Notes under the pieces: model-generated
Told to the model about the DNA's origin: nothing
Seen by the model: the letters and a program-made list of their open reading frames with translations, nothing else
Database searches by the model: none
Part shown: piece by piece, positions 62,209-64,000 of the stretch
Layout of the letters: each line of letters begins with the position of its first letter
Position numbering within the stretch: the stretch's first letter is position 1
NCBI GenBank assembly: GCA_965644265.1
Contig: OZ286460.1
Coordinates: 40,610,001 to 40,674,000 of the forward strand
Direction: 5' to 3'
Length of the DNA stretch: 64,000 bases
Origin: Glycera tridactyla
Lineage: Eukaryota
Program-made: the position numbers and the translations under genes

Positions 62209-64000
62209 AACCTATGAAGTTCACATGCGGAACATGCAAAACGCCATTCGAGTCTGCATGGTTATTGTTACAACACGCCCAGAATGATCATGGGCTCCAG
62301 ATCTACCAGGAGGAGCGGATCTCCACACCCATCAAAAAGGAACCCACACCGCCTCCTGACGACGAGTCTTTTGACTCGCCAGACAAAAATGGCAATGATA
62401 AGATGGAGGAACACCGCAAGTGGGAGAATGGTGACAGAGAAGAAAAGAAGGAGGAGAAAAAGGAAAGAAAGGAGGAGCCAAAGTCAGAACGTCAGGTGCC
62501 ATCCCATAAACCATCTGAGAATGGGATGCATGACGCTGATGATGACGATGAAGACGACGATGAACCGAGGCACATGGCATCACCAGCTTCCTCGGGACAT
62601 TCTCCCCGACTTCATTCTCCGCGAACCCCTGTCAGTAGTCACCACCCTTATACATCGCTGTCAGGGATCCATCCTCACTCGCGTACTCCACCAATGAGCA
62701 TGGGTATGCACATGGTTCCATCACCACCATCGTTCATGTTCCGGATGCCGCTCGCTGATCGTCAGACCCTACCACCGGGTGTCTTGAATAGTCCCTTCTC
62801 GCGCCCACCTTTGGACAACTTCCGCCTGGAGTTGATGGGAGAACATTTTCAGCGCATGCAGGCTATGGGATTAGCTGCGACTCCTCCCTCACCATTCGAG
62901 GCTCCCATACCGAACTTCACTCATCCATTCGAACGGCATATACCGAGACCGCCAATTCCACCAGTTGTACCTCCTCCTGCCAAGGAAACCAGTCAAGACT
63001 TTTATTCGAAGCGGTTACGCCAGTTGGCAGGTACCAGTACTAGTCCCGTACCATCCCCGATTCGAAAAGTGGCACCATCGTTCCCTCCAACGCCAACCAC
63101 GCCACCAACGCCTACATTACCGACCTCACAATTTCAAATGTCTCCACCTCAGTCATCAACTCCAGGTGCTGATAATAGTGTGACAAAAGAGTCCCAGAGT
63201 GAATCCCCTGAGAAACTCAAAGCATGTGAATTCTGTGGAAAGTGTTTCCGGTTTCAGTCCAATTTGATCGTTCACCGACGGTCCCATACAGGAGAGAAGC
63301 CGTTTCAGTGTCCGTTGTGTCCACATGCCTGTTCGCAAGCCAGTAAACTCAAACGCCACATGCGCACACACCGGCCGGGAGGTGGAGTTTCCTCATCCAC
63401 ATCACAGGCATCAAGTATGTCAACAGGGTCCGAGCATAGCTATCGGTCATGCTCGACTCCAGACTCAAAAGTCTCCAAGGAAGATGAACTTGATAGTGAT
63501 GCTACTGATGAGGATGAAGACGAGGAGGCAGCAATGGAGGAAGTGAGGCGTATGTGTGGTTTGCCGAGCAATGATGAACCCACGGACCTTTCCCAGTCAG
63601 ATCGCAAGGAGGAGGATTGTGAAAATGAAGCAGAGAATTCTGAGGAGCCTCGCGATCTCACTGTGAACAATTCACTCAAATCTCCCAACTCTCGGTCATC
63701 GCTGCTGACTGAGGTGATGGAAAAGACTGGACTATCAACAATTCAACAATATAATGAAGCTTTCAAGCAAGCGCTTGCAGAGAGTTCACGTAGTAATGAA
63801 CACAAACAGAAACAATTACAGTTGAGTCCTGGTAGTGATCGTAGTGACCGTAGTATTCACGAGAATGGACACTTTGTACATGACATTCGCCCCGACGATC
63901 GCGAACGTGATCGCGAACGTGAACGTGAGCGTGATCGTGATAGGGAGAACAGTAGTAAACATAGCAACACTAGCCAGGATGCTGATAACTCAGGCAGTGA
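62209..64000 (+). CDS. BCL11: Large internal/3' coding exon of a BCL11A/B (CTIP, CG9650-like) C2H2 zinc-finger transcription factor; open at window end
   Basis: Acceptor tgtctctcctgtattatgtctgttgcag|aa (phase 1). Hand translation from 62211 has no stop to 64000. ZF1 (E)PMKFTCGTCKTPFESAWLLLQHAQNDHGLQIY (62220-62291); DFYSKRLRQLAG (from 62997); ZF2-3 [51 protein letters not shown] (63225-63371). These closely match BCL11A/B as I recall them ([69 protein letters not shown]...[12 protein letters not shown]). Confidence 0.97.

Noticed and set aside
62284-63688. Track ORFs overlapping the BCL11 exon (62284+, 62332-, 62965+, 63156-, 63325+, 63440-)
   Set aside because: Shadow frames of the real ORF (codons start at 62211), which the track omits, presumably because it has no stop in the window

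Overview
Animal draft-genome sequence, probably an invertebrate; the taxon cannot be fixed from the sequence. It has six N-gaps, many (CA/TG)n microsatellites, about 20 copies or fragments of TA-flanked Tc1/mariner-pogo-like MITEs, one hAT-like MITE and several decayed retroelement relics. The only well-supported gene segment is at the far end: a phase-1 acceptor at 62208/62209 opens a stop-free + strand exon running off the window (62209-64000). It encodes C2H2 fingers 1-3 and conserved linker motifs of a BCL11 (CTIP/CG9650-like) transcription factor. The supplied ORF track misses it. I found no N-terminal BCL11 exons (MSRRKQ, C2HC finger) in the preceding 62 kb, so most of the window looks like a very large intron or regulatory landscape. 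The most interesting signals are non-coding and all are hypotheses: dense TGACCA/TGGTCA clusters and palindromes (the known BCL11A motif, also nuclear-receptor-like), Sox and M-box clusters, three candidate in-frame alternative first exons, and two CtBP-type PXDLS/T motifs in the protein. There is no evidence of CRISPR, RNA genes or an intact transposase.
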